From Octopus sinensis (Eukaryota): a stretch of 63,700 nt of DNA. Below are positions 50,421 to 63,700 of this stretch, in pieces. The stretch spans positions 1 to 63,700 of the forward strand of contig NW_021824842.1 of the NCBI RefSeq assembly GCF_006345805.1, read 5' to 3'. The first letter of the stretch is position 1, and each line of letters opens with the position of its first letter. A model generated the notes under the pieces. That model did no database searches and was not told where the DNA came from. It saw only the letters and a program-made list of their open reading frames with translations. The position numbers were made by a program, and so were the translations under genes.

Positions 50421-52852
50421 GGTGGTAGTGGTGGTGGCTGTGGTTACACTGTTGTAGTAGTATGGTGCTTTATCAAAACAATCATTAATGGGTGTGTGCA
50501 TGTGCACACGTGTGTGTGTGTTGTGTGGTGTGTGTGGATGATTTGATCCTAGGGGCCCTGTTATATGTATGTGTGCGAATAAGAGTGTGTGTGTTTTCAG
50601 GGCTTCATTGTAGGGACTGAGTTATACGTGTGCTTGTGTGTGAGTGTGTGTGTGTGTGCATGCGTGTATGTGTGAATGTGTGTGTATGTATGTATGTGCT
50701 TGTGTGTGATGGTGGTTGTGGTGGTGGTGATGTGTGTGTGTACGTCTGTGAATGTGTGTGTTTGTGTGTGCATGTTTGTATGTGTGTGTGTGTGCGTGTG
50801 TGCATGTGTATGTACGTCTGTGAATGTGTGTGTTTGTGTGTGCTTGTGTGTGTGTGTGTGTGCTTGTGTGTGATGGTGGTTGTGGTGGTGGTGATGTGTG
50901 TGTGTGTGTGTGTGTGCATGTGTGTATGTGTGTGTGTGTGTGTGCATGTGTATGTACGTCTGTGAATGTGTATGTGTGTGTGTGCTCATTACCCCCCCCT
51001 TATTTGTATTGTGTATGCATAGGGAGAGGGGGTGTTAGGTAGATGACATTATGAGGCTCTGTGGTGGCACTGCTGTTGATGTTGTTGTTGGTGGTGGTGG
51101 TGGTGGTGGGCAGCTGTGGAAAGCCATAGGGGGCAGGTGAAGAAGAAAAGCTGGGTGGACAACTGACATATACAGTGGGTTGAATTAAGGGCTGGGAGGT
51201 TGCTTGGTTTTGTGTGGAGGTGGTGGTGGTGGTGGTAGTGGTAGTAGTTGTTTGACTAGGGCAGGGTGGGGGGGGGTTGAGTGCTAGGGAGTGGCAGAGG
51301 GGGTAGAGGGTAGAGGGGAGTCTTGATGCTGGTGAGAGCGGAGGGTGGGGAGTAGGGGTATGGGGGTAAGGGAGGGTTTCCAAGGCAGATCAGCGTCTTG
51401 AAGAGAGAGGCGGGGGGGGGGGAGAAGAGGGTAGAGAGAGGGGGAGATGAAGAGAAGAGAAAGGGAGATGAATGAATGGGGGATGCGGTGGCAGGTGAGT
51501 TAGAAGGAGAGAAGGAGAAAAGGGGTGAGAAAAAGGAACGGATATAAAAAAGGAGAGAGAGCAAGGGATTAAATTATATATAATATATATATGTATATAT
51601 ATAACACACACACATATATATGTAATATATGTATATATTATATAATATATATATATAATATATATACTTAATCATATCGAAGGGAAATGGAAATTGATAA
51701 AAATTTTCACTTCCAGTGGCCTAGCGTGTAAAGATTTAGTCCAAAGACTATGTATTAGTCATAAAATACTGTGTACGTTTAAACACTTAAGGAAGCCACT
51801 CGTGAAAGAAGCCCATCGTATATATATGTATATATATATATGTGTGTGTGTGTATGTATGTATATGTTTGTGTGTCTGTGTTTGTGTCGCCCATCCCCCC
51901 ACCAACATCACTTGACAATCGATGCTGGTGTGTTTAGGTCCCTGTCACTTAGCGGTTCAGCAAGAAAGACTGATAGAATAAGTACTAGGCTGACAAAGAA
52001 TAAGTCCTGGGGTTGATTTGCTTGATGAAAGGCAGGGCTCTAGCATAGCCACACTCAAATGACTGAAACAAATAAAAGAATATGTGTATACATACATATA
52101 TATATATATATATATATCGCGGTCTCAAAGCAACGAAAATATTTTGACAAATTAAATGTTGAAGTGAATCTAATGGTTTTTGTGTGTTTCTTAAATGGCT
52201 TATAAACACCTTCCATACTGCAATTGTTTTCGTTCCAGCATACGATCTCAGATCAGGTCACTTGCTATGCAAGTACATCTCCGTAGTACATATATATATA
52301 AAGTGCCTGTATTGGTGCCACATAAAATGTACTTGTGTTTGGTGTTAGGAAGGTCATCCTGCCATAAAAACTATGGCAAGACAGACAATCGGAGCCTGCT
52401 GCCGCTCTCTGATTTGTCACCTCCTGTCAAACCATCCAACCGAAATCCACTCACAAGGCTATGCTCAACCTGAGGCTATAGCAGAAGACACTTGCCCAAG
52501 GTGCCACGTGGTGGAACTGAACCCAGAACCATGTGGTTAGGAAGCAAGCTTCTTACCACACAGCCACGCCTTAAAGTTCCTTATAACCTCTGACAAGGCC
52601 TATGGTTATATATATAAGTATCCTATTTTTAAATGCCTACAACCTCAATATATTGACAACTATAGGCAATAAAAATAAAAACGACTACATTTAACCATAG
52701 GCTGAAACAGCTGTAAGAAGTGATTTTAATGATTTCAATAATTTATATTATGATTTTTATAATATGTATTCTTATCTTATATGTATTGAATCATAAGATA
52801 TATATGTATGCTATTAAGGTTCTCATTTTGTTGAATGAATAAATAATCCAAC

Positions 52853-53218
52853 ACTAGCAGTATCGCCCGGCATTGCTCGGGTTTGTAAGAGAAATAACTA
52901 TAAAGCATTTTTAGAGAGTTATAGCAAAAAAATGGGGGAAAAATGATGGTAAATTTTTTTGAGAGTTAAAAAGGTCGAGTTGCGTCCCCTAGACAGTCTG
53001 TGGTTTGTGTTTCTGATTCTCGACCCCATGTCGAATTTATCGATTTTTTTCAGAACTGGGGGAACTTTTCAAAATTTTCGCTGCGTTAGTTTTGAATTAT
53101 GACATTGGGCTATGTGTGTGTCAAGTTTCATCAGAATCGGTTGAAAGCCGTGGTCAGGGTGAGGGTACAAGCAAACAGACACACAGACAGACAAACTGCC
53201 GTTTATATATAGAGAGAT
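52853..53218 (+). mobile_element. Non-autonomous Helitron-like element
   Basis: Starts ACTAGCAG..CCCGGCATTGCTCGGG (5' hairpin); internal GTCAAGTTTCATCAGAATCGG; ends ACAGACAGACAAAC..TTTATATATAGAGAGAT; no TSD. Resembles invertebrate non-autonomous Helitrons (from recall). Confidence 0.55.
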
Positions 53219-53419
53219 TATAATATCTGAAAGTTGATGAACAAACTAAATTTGTTTCTCCATTTTCTTATTTGTATTATATATATATACATATATATGT
53301 GTATAAATTAAGATCGCCAATGGTTTATTATCTCCTTTCCTTTCAACTTCTCCTGTCAAACCCTTTTTTCTAACCAGTTGTCATGCTTGACCACTGAATC
53401 CACAAGTTTTTTTATTCTT

Positions 53420-53530
53420 GTATTCCTTTCTGCTGAAGAGCGTAGACTCGAAATGTAAAATACATTCTCACCTTCCCGAGCGTTAAACTAATACACTTGC
53501 TTGTTGTTCATACACCTATCTCTGTCTTTT
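53420..53530 (+). mobile_element. Family H2 copy, degenerate hammerhead-like motif (core CTGCTGA 53430-53436)
   Basis: CTTT CTGCTGA A GAGC gtag ACTC GAAA TGTA AAA. Confidence 0.55.
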
Positions 53531-53551
53531 GTTTTTCTATAAATTTCAACT

Positions 53552-53590
<39 letters not shown>

Positions 53591-53758
53591 CCTCTCTCTC
53601 TCACACACACACACACACTCACACACACACACTCACACACATGTATTGGAGCCTGGTGCAGTGGTTCGCCAGTCCTCAGTGAAATCATCCAACCCATGCT
53701 AGCATGGAAAGCGGACGTTAAACGATGATGGTATATATATATATATATTATATATATA

Positions 53759-53820
<62 letters not shown>

Positions 53821-54762
53821 TGTATAGATGGATAGGTAGATAGCTAGATAGATAGATCAACAGACACACAGACAAACAGATAGATAGACAGGTAGATAGA
53901 CAGATAGTACTTTGCCTTCTCTAATGTAGAAATGTTTTGTCTCTGGAAACAATTGATTTCTGTTTTATGGGAGTTAGAAATAAGAAGCTGTGATGTTTAA
54001 CCGGACAGGTAGATGGGTGGATGCGACATAAGCATTTGATTTGATTTGATTTGATTCTCAAAGATTTCTTTCCACATTACAGGAAAGAGAAAACAAACTT
54101 TATAGTTGTCAATAATGGGTTCTTGGTACACAGGCGAGTGTATATATATTGTTTGTGTGTTGTATATAATTGTACACAATGACACAGCTGATGAAGAACA
54201 AAGAAGGAAAGAAAGGAAGAAAGGTTATAAACTTCCCCTGAAAATGAAAGTGATAGTGGAAGTTGGACAAACGGTTTGAATTAACCAGATGCTAATAAAA
54301 AAAAAAATGAAATAAAATGATCCGGTGATGTCCTCCGCTATAGATGTCTTCCAGAACATTCTTTTTAAGAATGGAGAGACGAATAAACATAAATGAAATA
54401 TTGATTTGTCCTACAAAGAGGGGAGAGAGGTACTTCCCATGAGAAAGAACTGAGAAAAAAAGAACAGGCTTGGGAGAGCAAGACGGCCTCTCTCTCTCCC
54501 CCCTCCACCAACTGTTTTGTCTTTCGTTTCCTCCTCATCCTCATAATTTTCCTCCTCCTCCTCCATGATTTAATCTCATTTACATGTCTGCCATGTTTAG
54601 ATTTTTGTGAAGACATTTGCAGCAGACATGAAGCAGGGCATAGTACTGGCCTTCACCTGATATCAGAGAAGGCCCTCAATGTGGTCTTGGTAACCTCAGG
54701 GGTTACATTGCAAATACTTGCCTTGTACTTGCAGTAGTCATCAGAGTACTTGGCTGTATTAA

Positions 54763-55567
54763 CCCTTTCGTTACTGCATTTAGTTTGAGATGCTCTGTGT
54801 TTTTCTCAATTATTTTAAATATAACAAAGAGTTTAGTAAAATAACTTCGTTATCATTAAGCTAGTGTTAGGAACCATAAATTGTGACTAAGGTTTTGTGG
54901 AAGATTTTAATTCAGAACTTTTGTACTTTAGAGCCAGAGGCGGTTTCAGGTGGGTTGGTATCAAAGGGGTTAAATTAATCATTTGTTAACCCTTCTTTTA
55001 CCATATTTCTGTTGAGATGCTCTGTGTTTCTTTAACCCTTTAGCATTCAGATTATTCTGTCAAATGTAAAGCTTATGTTTCACACCATGTAAATTAAATC
55101 TTGCATCAATTTCATGGCTTTGAGATTTCAATGATGTGATTGTTTATTTTAAAATGACACAATAAGGTAGCTATGAATGACTATATCTGACTAGTCTGAA
55201 CATAAAATAGTAGAATATTTTGCCGGATATGGCCGGTTTAACCCTTTAGTGTTTAAAAACGGCCATATCCGGCCCAGATATTCTATATGTTTTATATTCA
55301 AACTGGCAATATCTAGCCTCTCAACACCTAACCTACAATGCCATTCTAAAAATAAACAATCACATCATTGAAACCTCAAAGCTATGAGATAATGTTTGTT
55401 AATTAAAACAATTTGAATTAAAAAAATATTACATTTAACAGAGTAATCTGAACACTAAAGGGTTAAACACTAAAGGGTTAAATTAATTTTAAATATAACA
55501 AAGAATTTAGTAAAATAACTGAGTTATCATTAAGCTAGTGTTAAGAACATAAATTGTGACTAAGGTT
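54763..55567. mobile_element. Cluster of TTAA-target MITEs: one intact copy (54763-54969) plus a triple-nested set (54990-55567 contains 55036-55477, which contains 55242-55462)
   Basis: TTAA at 55032-35/55478-81 and 55238-41/55463-66; CCCTTTAG/CTAAAGGG termini; the host MITE sequence resumes after 55481. Confidence 0.8.
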
Positions 55568-56689
55568 TTTTAGTCACATGGTTCTTCACAAATGGCTCCT
55601 GACTACATGGTCTTCGACTGCATGGTTCTTGACCACATGGTTCTGGTTTCAGTCCCACCTCACAGCACCTTGGGCAGTTGTCTTCTACTATAGCCCCGAG
55701 CTGACCAAAGCTTTGTGAGTGGATTTGGTGGACGGAAACTGTGTGGAATCCCATCATATGTTTATGTGTGTGTGAATATGTATGTGTCTTTGTGCCTGTG
55801 TTTGTTGACCCCCACCCCCACCCGCTTGACAGCTGGTGTTGGTTTGTTTATATCCCCCATAACACCGTAGTTCAGCAAAAGAGAATAAGTACCAGACAAC
55901 AACAACAGCAACACGAACAATGAGGAGACCTCTACATTGTTGTTTACCTTGCTAGAAATAGCAGCAAAATCTTTAATCTCTCTTGCACTCTCTCTTTCTC
56001 TCTCTCACTCTCTCTCTCTCTTTCTCTCTGTCTCTCTCTCTTTCTGTCTCTTTCTCTCTCTCTCTTTCTCTATTTCTCTTTCTCTCTCTCTCTTTCTCTA
56101 TCTCTCTTTTTCTTTCTCTTTCACTCTCTCTCTTTCTCTCTCACTTTCTCTCTCTTTCTCTCTCTCTCTTTCTCTATCTCTCTTTCACTCATCTCTCTTT
56201 CTCTCTTTCACTCTCTTCTCCCTCCCTCTCACACGCACACACATTCATGCACACACATTCATGCACAATACCCACATGCTACTGTCTTTTTTGTAACAAA
56301 GGGTGGGGGACATAAAACAGCATGTTAGGGTGTGGGGCGGGATCAGGTGGGAGCAATATTCGAAGGAGGGATGAAGGGAAGGAATGAAGGACAGAGGGAG
56401 GGAAGGTCATAGCTGGATGACTTTAGATCACAGCTCTGCTATACCTCAGGACTGGACTGGACTGGACTGACCTTGGGCTAAACAACAACAGCGACAACCC
56501 TTTCATCACAGAATCCGCTCACATGTGTTATCAGCACTTTGTACATAAAAACAAAAAAAAAAGTCCAAAAAATCCAAAAAGTTAAAAAAAAGACAAAACC
56601 TGTGCGTTTCCTTAATATCTATCACAAGAAGACACTTAGACAGGTTTCCATGCAATAAAATTCATATAAAAGCTGTTATTTTATGCTAA

Positions 56690-59600
56690 CATACACCGTC
56701 ATTAATTCCACCACCAACGCCAACGCCACTACTGCCATCATCACTACCATCGACATCACTGTTGTTACTAGAATCGATGCTGCCTGCACTGCACCACCAT
56801 CACCTCTGCCACCACCATCGCAACCACCGCCACCACCACCACCATCACCTCTGCTGCCACCATCACAACCACCACTACCACTATCACCACTGCCACCACC
56901 ATCGCAACCACCATCACAACCATCACCACTACCACTATAACCACTACCACTATCACCACCATCACTACCACTATCACCACTACCACCATCACCTCTGCCA
57001 CCACCACCATCACTACTACCACCACCATCGCAACCACCACCACCACCAACACAAACCACACAACCATCAACCCTACCACATCGCACCACCACCGCACCAC
57101 ACCAACCTCTCTGCTGCCACCATCACAACCACCACTACCACTATCACCACTGCCACCACCATCGCAACCACCATCACAACCATCACTACTGCCACCACCA
57201 TCGCAACCACCACTACCACCACCATCACCACTACCACTATAACCACTACCACTATCACCACTACCACCATCATCTCTGCCACTACCACCATCATCTCTGC
57301 CACTAACCACCATCACTACTACCACCACCATCGCAACCACCACCCCCCCCAACAACCCACCAAACAACCAACACAACCATCACCACTACCACCACCATCG
57401 CAACCACCACTACCACCATCACCTCTGCTGCCACCATCACAACCACCACTACCACTATCACCACTGCCACCACCATCGCAACCACCATCACAACCATCAC
57501 TACTGCCACCACCATCGCAACCACCACTACCACCACCATCACCACTACCACTATAACCACTACCACTATCACCACTACCACCATCACCTCTGCCACCACC
57601 ATCATCTCTGCCACTACCACCATCACTACTACCACCACCATCGCAACCACCACCAACACAACAACCAACCATCACACTATCCCACTACCACCACCATCGC
57701 AACCACCACCACCACCATCACCTCTGCTGCCACCATCACAACCACCACTACCACTATCACCACTGCCACCACCATCACAACCATCACTACTGCCACCACC
57801 ATCGCAACCACCACTACCACCACCATCACCACTACCACTATAACCACTACCACTATCACCACTACCACCATCACCTCTGCCACCACCATCATCTCTGCCA
57901 CTACCACCATCACTACTACCACCACCATCGCAACCACCACCAACACAACCAACACAACCATCACCACTACCACCACCATTGCAACCACCACTGCCACCAT
58001 CACCTCTGCTACTACCATCGCAACCACCACCACAACCAACACAACCATCACCACTGCCACCACCATCGCAACCACCATCACAACCATCACTACTGCCACC
58101 ACCATCGCAACCACCATCACAACCATCACCACTACCACTATAACCACTACCACTATCACCAATACCACCATCACCTCTGCCACCACCATCATCTCTGCCA
58201 CTACCACCATCACTACTACCACCACCATCGCAACCACCACCAACACAACCAACACAACCATCACCACTACCACCACCATCGCAACCACCACTACCACCAT
58301 CACCTCTGCTGCCACCATCACAACCACCACTACCACTATCACCACTGCCACCACCATCGCAACCACCATCACAACCATCACTACTGCCACCACCATCGCA
58401 ACCACCACTACCACCACCATCACCACTACCACATAAACCCTACCACTATCACCACTACCACCATCACCTCTGCCACCACCATCATCTCTGCCACTACACC
58501 ATCACTACTACCACCACCATCGCAACCACCACCACCACCACCACAACCATCACCACTACCACCACCATCGCAACCACCACTGCCACCATCACCTCTGCTG
58601 CCACATCACAACCACCACTACCACTATCACCACTGCCACCACCATCGCAACCACCATCACAACCATCACTACTGCCACCACCATCGCAACCACCACTACC
58701 ACCACCATCGCAACCACCACCACAACCAACACAACCATCACCACTACTACTACCATCACCACCATCTTTATTATCATTATCAACATCACTGCCATAACCA
58801 CCACCGCCACCACCACCACCACCACCACAGCTACTGTCATCGCCATTGCAGATGTCACCATTGTCACCACCACCACCATCACAACCACTGTTGCCGCCAC
58901 CAACACTACCACCAAACCATCACTGCCAAACCACTGCTGCCACCATCGTCATTCAACCACCACCATCACCATCAACGTTGCCACCAAGTCCACTACCACC
59001 ACAACCACCACCAACACCATCGTTGAGACAATGCCTTCAACGTTACCACCATCACTACCATCGCCATCACCACCATCGACATCACAATCAATGCCACCAC
59101 CACCACCACTATCACTAAACCATCACCACTGCCAAACCTCCACCACCACCGATATACCACCACAGCCACCACTATCCATCACAACCATCGACATCATCAA
59201 TACAACAATCAATGCCTTCACCACCACTACCACCACAACCACTACCACCACCACCACCACCACTACAGCTACTATCCCAACCATCATCATCACCATAACA
59301 ATGATCAATGCCGTCGTCGCCACCACCATCACGGCCACCGCCACCACCACCACCACCATCACCGCCACCACCACCATCACCGCCACCACCACCACCACCA
59401 TCACCGCCACCACCACCACCACCATCACCACTACCACCATCACCGCCACCACCACCACCACCATCACCGCCACCACCATCACCACTACCACCATCACCAC
59501 CATCACCGCCACCATCACCACCACCATCACCGCCATCACCACCACCACCATCACCGCCACCACCACCACCACCATCACCGCACACCACCATCACCGCCAC

Positions 59601-60590
59601 CGCCACCACCATCACCGCCACCACCACCGCCACCACCATCACCGCCACCACCACCACCACCATCACCACTACCACCATCACCGCCACCACCACCACCACC
59701 ATCACCACTACCACCATCACCATCACCGCCACCACCACCACCACCACCACAGCCACCACTATCCATCACAACCATCGACATCATCAATACAACAATCAAT
59801 GCCTTCACCACCATTACCACCACAACCACTACCACCACCATCACCACCACTACAGCTACTATCCCAACCATCATCATCACCATAACAACGATCAATGCCT
59901 TCATCACCACCACAACCATCCATCACAACCACCACCATCCATCACAACCATCATCATCATCATCATTACAACAATCAATACCTTCACTACTACCACCACC
60001 ACCATCACCGCCACCACCATCACTACCATCACCACCACCACCATCACCACAACCACCATCGCTGTCACCACCACCACAGCCACCACCATCATCATCATCA
60101 TTACAACAATCAATACCATCACCACCACCACCATCCATCACAACCATCATCATCATCATCATTACAACAATCAATACCTTCACTACCACCACCACCACCA
60201 ACACCACCACCACCACCAACACCACCACCATTACCACAACCACCACCATCACCACTACCACCACCACCATCATCATCATCATTACAACAATCAATACCAT
60301 CACCACCACCACCATCCATCACAACCATCATCATCATCATCATTACAACAATCAATACCTTCACTACACACACCACCACCACCACCACACCACCACCACC
60401 ACCAACACCACCACCATTACCACAACCACCACCATCAAACTACCCACCACCATCATCATCATCATTACAACAACAAAATACCATCACCACCACCACCATC
60501 CATCACCAACCATCATCATCATCATCATTACAACAATCAATACCTTCACTACCACCACCACCAACACCACCACCATTACCACCACCACCA
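56690..60590. repeat. About 3.9-kb (ACC)n-rich degenerate tract with internal block duplications
   Basis: Direct reading; source of the Thr/His/Pro and Val/Gly pseudo-ORFs. Confidence 0.92.
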
Positions 60591-61191
60591 CAAAGGTTCA
60601 AGTTGTTTGTTTCTTTTCTTTTCTTTTGTCTTTTTATTTTTGTGTGTTTGTGTCTTTGTGTTTTTTTTCTCTCCTCCTTTTTATTTTGTTTTTTTCCTGG
60701 TTTCAGGTTCTTTTGTGTTAATATTGGAACTCTTCTGTTTGAAGTTCCGTTTTTTACTGTGTGTTTGATTAATACTTTGTCGCAGCCAGTTATCAAGAGT
60801 CGTTCTCCAAGAAGAAGGAGACACCGGCGCCTCTTCTTCTTCGTTTAATTCCTCTCCGTGTGAAGCAGTGTCAGCGGGGTCTGTTCTAGTTAGTGCTAGT
60901 TATTACTGGTTTAGCACTGGTTAATTCTGGTTAGTACCGGTTAATTCTGGCTGGTATTTGCAATGGTCGAACATTATGGAAGCGATTCTGTTTGTTGGAA
61001 GATTCTGCGCTTTTTGGGGGTTTTTTCTTCTTGTTTTTGCATTCGGTTTTGTCTTTGAATTCATTTACCATTACCATTGCAGAAACAGGAAAGAGAGAGA
61101 AAGAGAAAGTGTGTGTTTGGTGCTGGAGGTGGAATTTTATTGCATTGTATATATGTGTGTATATATATATATATATCTATCTATCTATCTA

Positions 61192-61233
<42 letters not shown>

Positions 61234-61414
61234 ATATATTACAGGTGTGGCTGTGTGGGAAGAAGTGTGCTTACCAACCACATGGTTCTGGGTTCAGTCC
61301 CACTGTGTGGCACCTTGGGCAAGTGTCTTCTACACCCTCAGGCCAACCAAAACCTTGTGAGTGGATTTGATAGACGGAAATTGAAAGAAGCCCATTATAT
61401 TACCTATCTATCTA

Positions 61415-61464
<50 letters not shown>

Positions 61465-61989
61465 GTGTGATTTAGAGGCTGGGAAACCAACCAACTAAGG
61501 GATAGTAGCTATCCAATATACTTCTGGTAGTGTACCCAATTATTCAAACCCAAGTGCTGGTTATTGCGTGGCAATCTCACAATTGAGTGTTATATATGGA
61601 TGGGGGTAAAAAGTGGTTTGCTCTTAATTTATACGGCAAATAAGAAAATGGAGAGGATATGAAAACAACATACATCAGCCGGTAGACATTCCAATATGTC
61701 TATTTATTCCAAAGCATCAGAAAGTATGAGAAGAATACATACACATGTATAAGCACTGACCACTTCCCAGCACCTACACCATCATCCACACACCTACACA
61801 TGCACACACATCAATGTCACCAGCCCCCTTCCACATGTACATACACACTCTCACATACACATGCGATCGCACCTTCGTTTTGGGATCACCACTACTTTAT
61901 TATCTCTCCTTCTTTCTTGCTCTCCTGTATGACGCCTATGTCCAGCATTCACCATGATAGATCGCTAGCCACTATACATTTTTCTATTT

Positions 61990-62130
61990 CCTCTCCCTGT
62001 TTGTTTCTGACGAAGAGCGTAGGCTCGAAACATAAAAGACTTTCTCTCTTCCTGAGCGTTAAACTAATACATCTGTTCGTTGTTTACACCCCTGTCTTCG
62101 TCTTTTGTTTTTTTGCAAATTCTCACTAAT
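61990..62130 (+). mobile_element. Family H2 copy with intact hammerhead core CTGACGA (62007-62013)
   Basis: TTT CTGACGA A GAGC gtag GCTC GAAAC ATA AAAG. Confidence 0.65.
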
Positions 62131-62997
62131 AACTATGTGTTATATACACATGTACTAATATTACAGAAAAGAGCAAAAGATCAGTGTGTGTGTATGTGTT
62201 TGTGTCCCCACCCCCACCATTGCTTGACAACCAGCGCTGGTGTGTTTGTGTCCCCGTAACTTAGAAGTTCAGCAAAACAGACCATTAGAATAAGTACTGG
62301 GCTTAAAAAATGAGCCTTGGGGTTGATTTGTTCGACTAAAAGTTCTTCAAGGCGATGCCCCAGCATGGCCAGAGTCTGATGACTAAAAACAAATAAAAGA
62401 ATAAAAGATGAAAAAATACATTTCATGCATGATATGATGATGACAACGACGAGATGATGATGATGATGATGATGAGGGTGTGGTTAGTGGTGGTGGTGGT
62501 GATATGGATGATGACGATGATGATGATGATGATAAGGGTGTGGTTAGTGGTGGTGGTTGTGGTGATAGTGATGATGATGATGAGGGTGCGGCTAGTGGTG
62601 GTGATGGTGGTGGTGATAGGAATGACGATGAATGACGACGATGGTGGCGATGAAGCTGATGCTATTGTACTTAAAACCTCTGACAGTCGGCTCTTCATCT
62701 TCATCCTCTTCTTCATCTTCTTCTTCATCTTCATCTTCTCCCTCGTATTCCTCTTTTACACTTTCATTAATTTTCTCTTCCTTTTGACGTCAGCCATCTC
62801 GACGACACCATCGAGAGAAATATTGTTTCGTTTTCTCCTTAATATCTCCCCCTCTCCCCCCCCCCCTCTCCCCCACCCCTCTCTCTCTCTCTCGTCATAC
62901 AATTAGATATTTTATACAACATCAACTTTACTTATCCTATTCTCTCTCGTTTGCAATTCTATTAATTACTTGCACTGAATAACAGAAAAGCTAAACA

Positions 62998-63307
62998 GGG
63001 CAAGCTGGCAGAATCGTTAGCACGCCGGCCAAAATGCTTAGCAGTGTTCTATCCATCTTTACATTCCGAGTTCAAATCCTGCCGAGGTCGACTTTGCCTT
63101 TTATCCTTTCGGGGTCAATAAATTAAGTACCAGTGAAACACTGGGGTCGATGTAATCGACTGGACCCCTCCCCTCAAATTTCAGGCCTTGTGCCTTTAGT
63201 GAAAAGGGTCATCATCATCGTTATATTTAATCACGTTAAGGTGGTGAGCTGTCAGAATCGTTAGCATACCGGGCAAAATTTCAGGCCTTGTACTTTTAGT
63301 AGAAAGG

Positions 63308-63349
<42 letters not shown>

Positions 63350-63700
63350 ATTATCAAGGCAGCGTGCTGGCAGAATCGTTAGCACGCCGGGCAAAATGCG
63401 TAGCCGTATTTCGTCTGTGTTCGAATTCCGCCAAGGTCGACTTTGCCTTTCATCCTTTCGGGGTCGATAAATTAACTACCAGTTACGCACTGGGGTCGGT
63501 GTAATCGACTTAATCCGTTTGTCTGTCCTTGTTTGTCCTCTCTGTGTTTAGCCCCTGGGGGTAGTAAAGAAATAGGTATTTCGTCTGTCACTACGTTCTG
63601 AGTTCAAATTCCGCCAAGGTCGACTTTGCCTTTCATCCTTTCGGGTCGATAAATTAAGTACCATTAACGCACGGGGGTCGGTGTAATCGACCTAATTCCT
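62998..63700 (+). mobile_element. Cluster of SINE family C copies (62998-63215; truncated 63238-63345; 63357 to window end with tandem core units)
   Basis: Three heads GCTGGCAGAATCGTTAGCA; core GAGTTCAAATTCCGCCAAGGTCGACTTTGCCTTTCATCC repeated. Confidence 0.85.

Noticed and set aside
54653-54754. Coding-like minus-strand stretch AKYSDDYCKYKASICNVTPEVTKTTLRAFSDIR with flanking AG and GT
   Set aside because: Only about 33 codons, no polypyrimidine tract (it abuts a MITE), weak donor and no recognisable homology.
56762-60848. Mucin- or extensin-like Thr/Pro/His-rich ORFs
   Set aside because: All frames of an (ACC)n tract give such peptides; frequent frameshifts and no signal peptide or splice support.

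Overview
Repeat-saturated, AT-rich animal DNA. The SINE/LINE content and extreme microsatellite load suggest a coleoid cephalopod, probably Octopus (inference, no database search). I cannot support any intact host protein-coding gene: essentially every long ORF in the track is a translated microsatellite or tandem repeat. The window holds at least four tRNA-headed SINE types, 5'-truncated LINE remnants (R4/Dong-like, CR1-like, L2/Jockey-like, RTE-like), a decayed Tc1 transposon, several MITE families with clear TIRs/TSDs (one triple-nested), a Helitron-like element and large tandem arrays, two of them built from SINE parts. The most notable signal is RNA-level: a canonical type I hammerhead ribozyme at 1141-1228, plus about ten minimal or variant hammerhead-like motifs in three further short repeat families, one with an apparent U3-A8 covarying core. 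These are probably Penelope-like/retrozyme-type non-autonomous elements. Ribozyme activity and family assignments are untested inferences.
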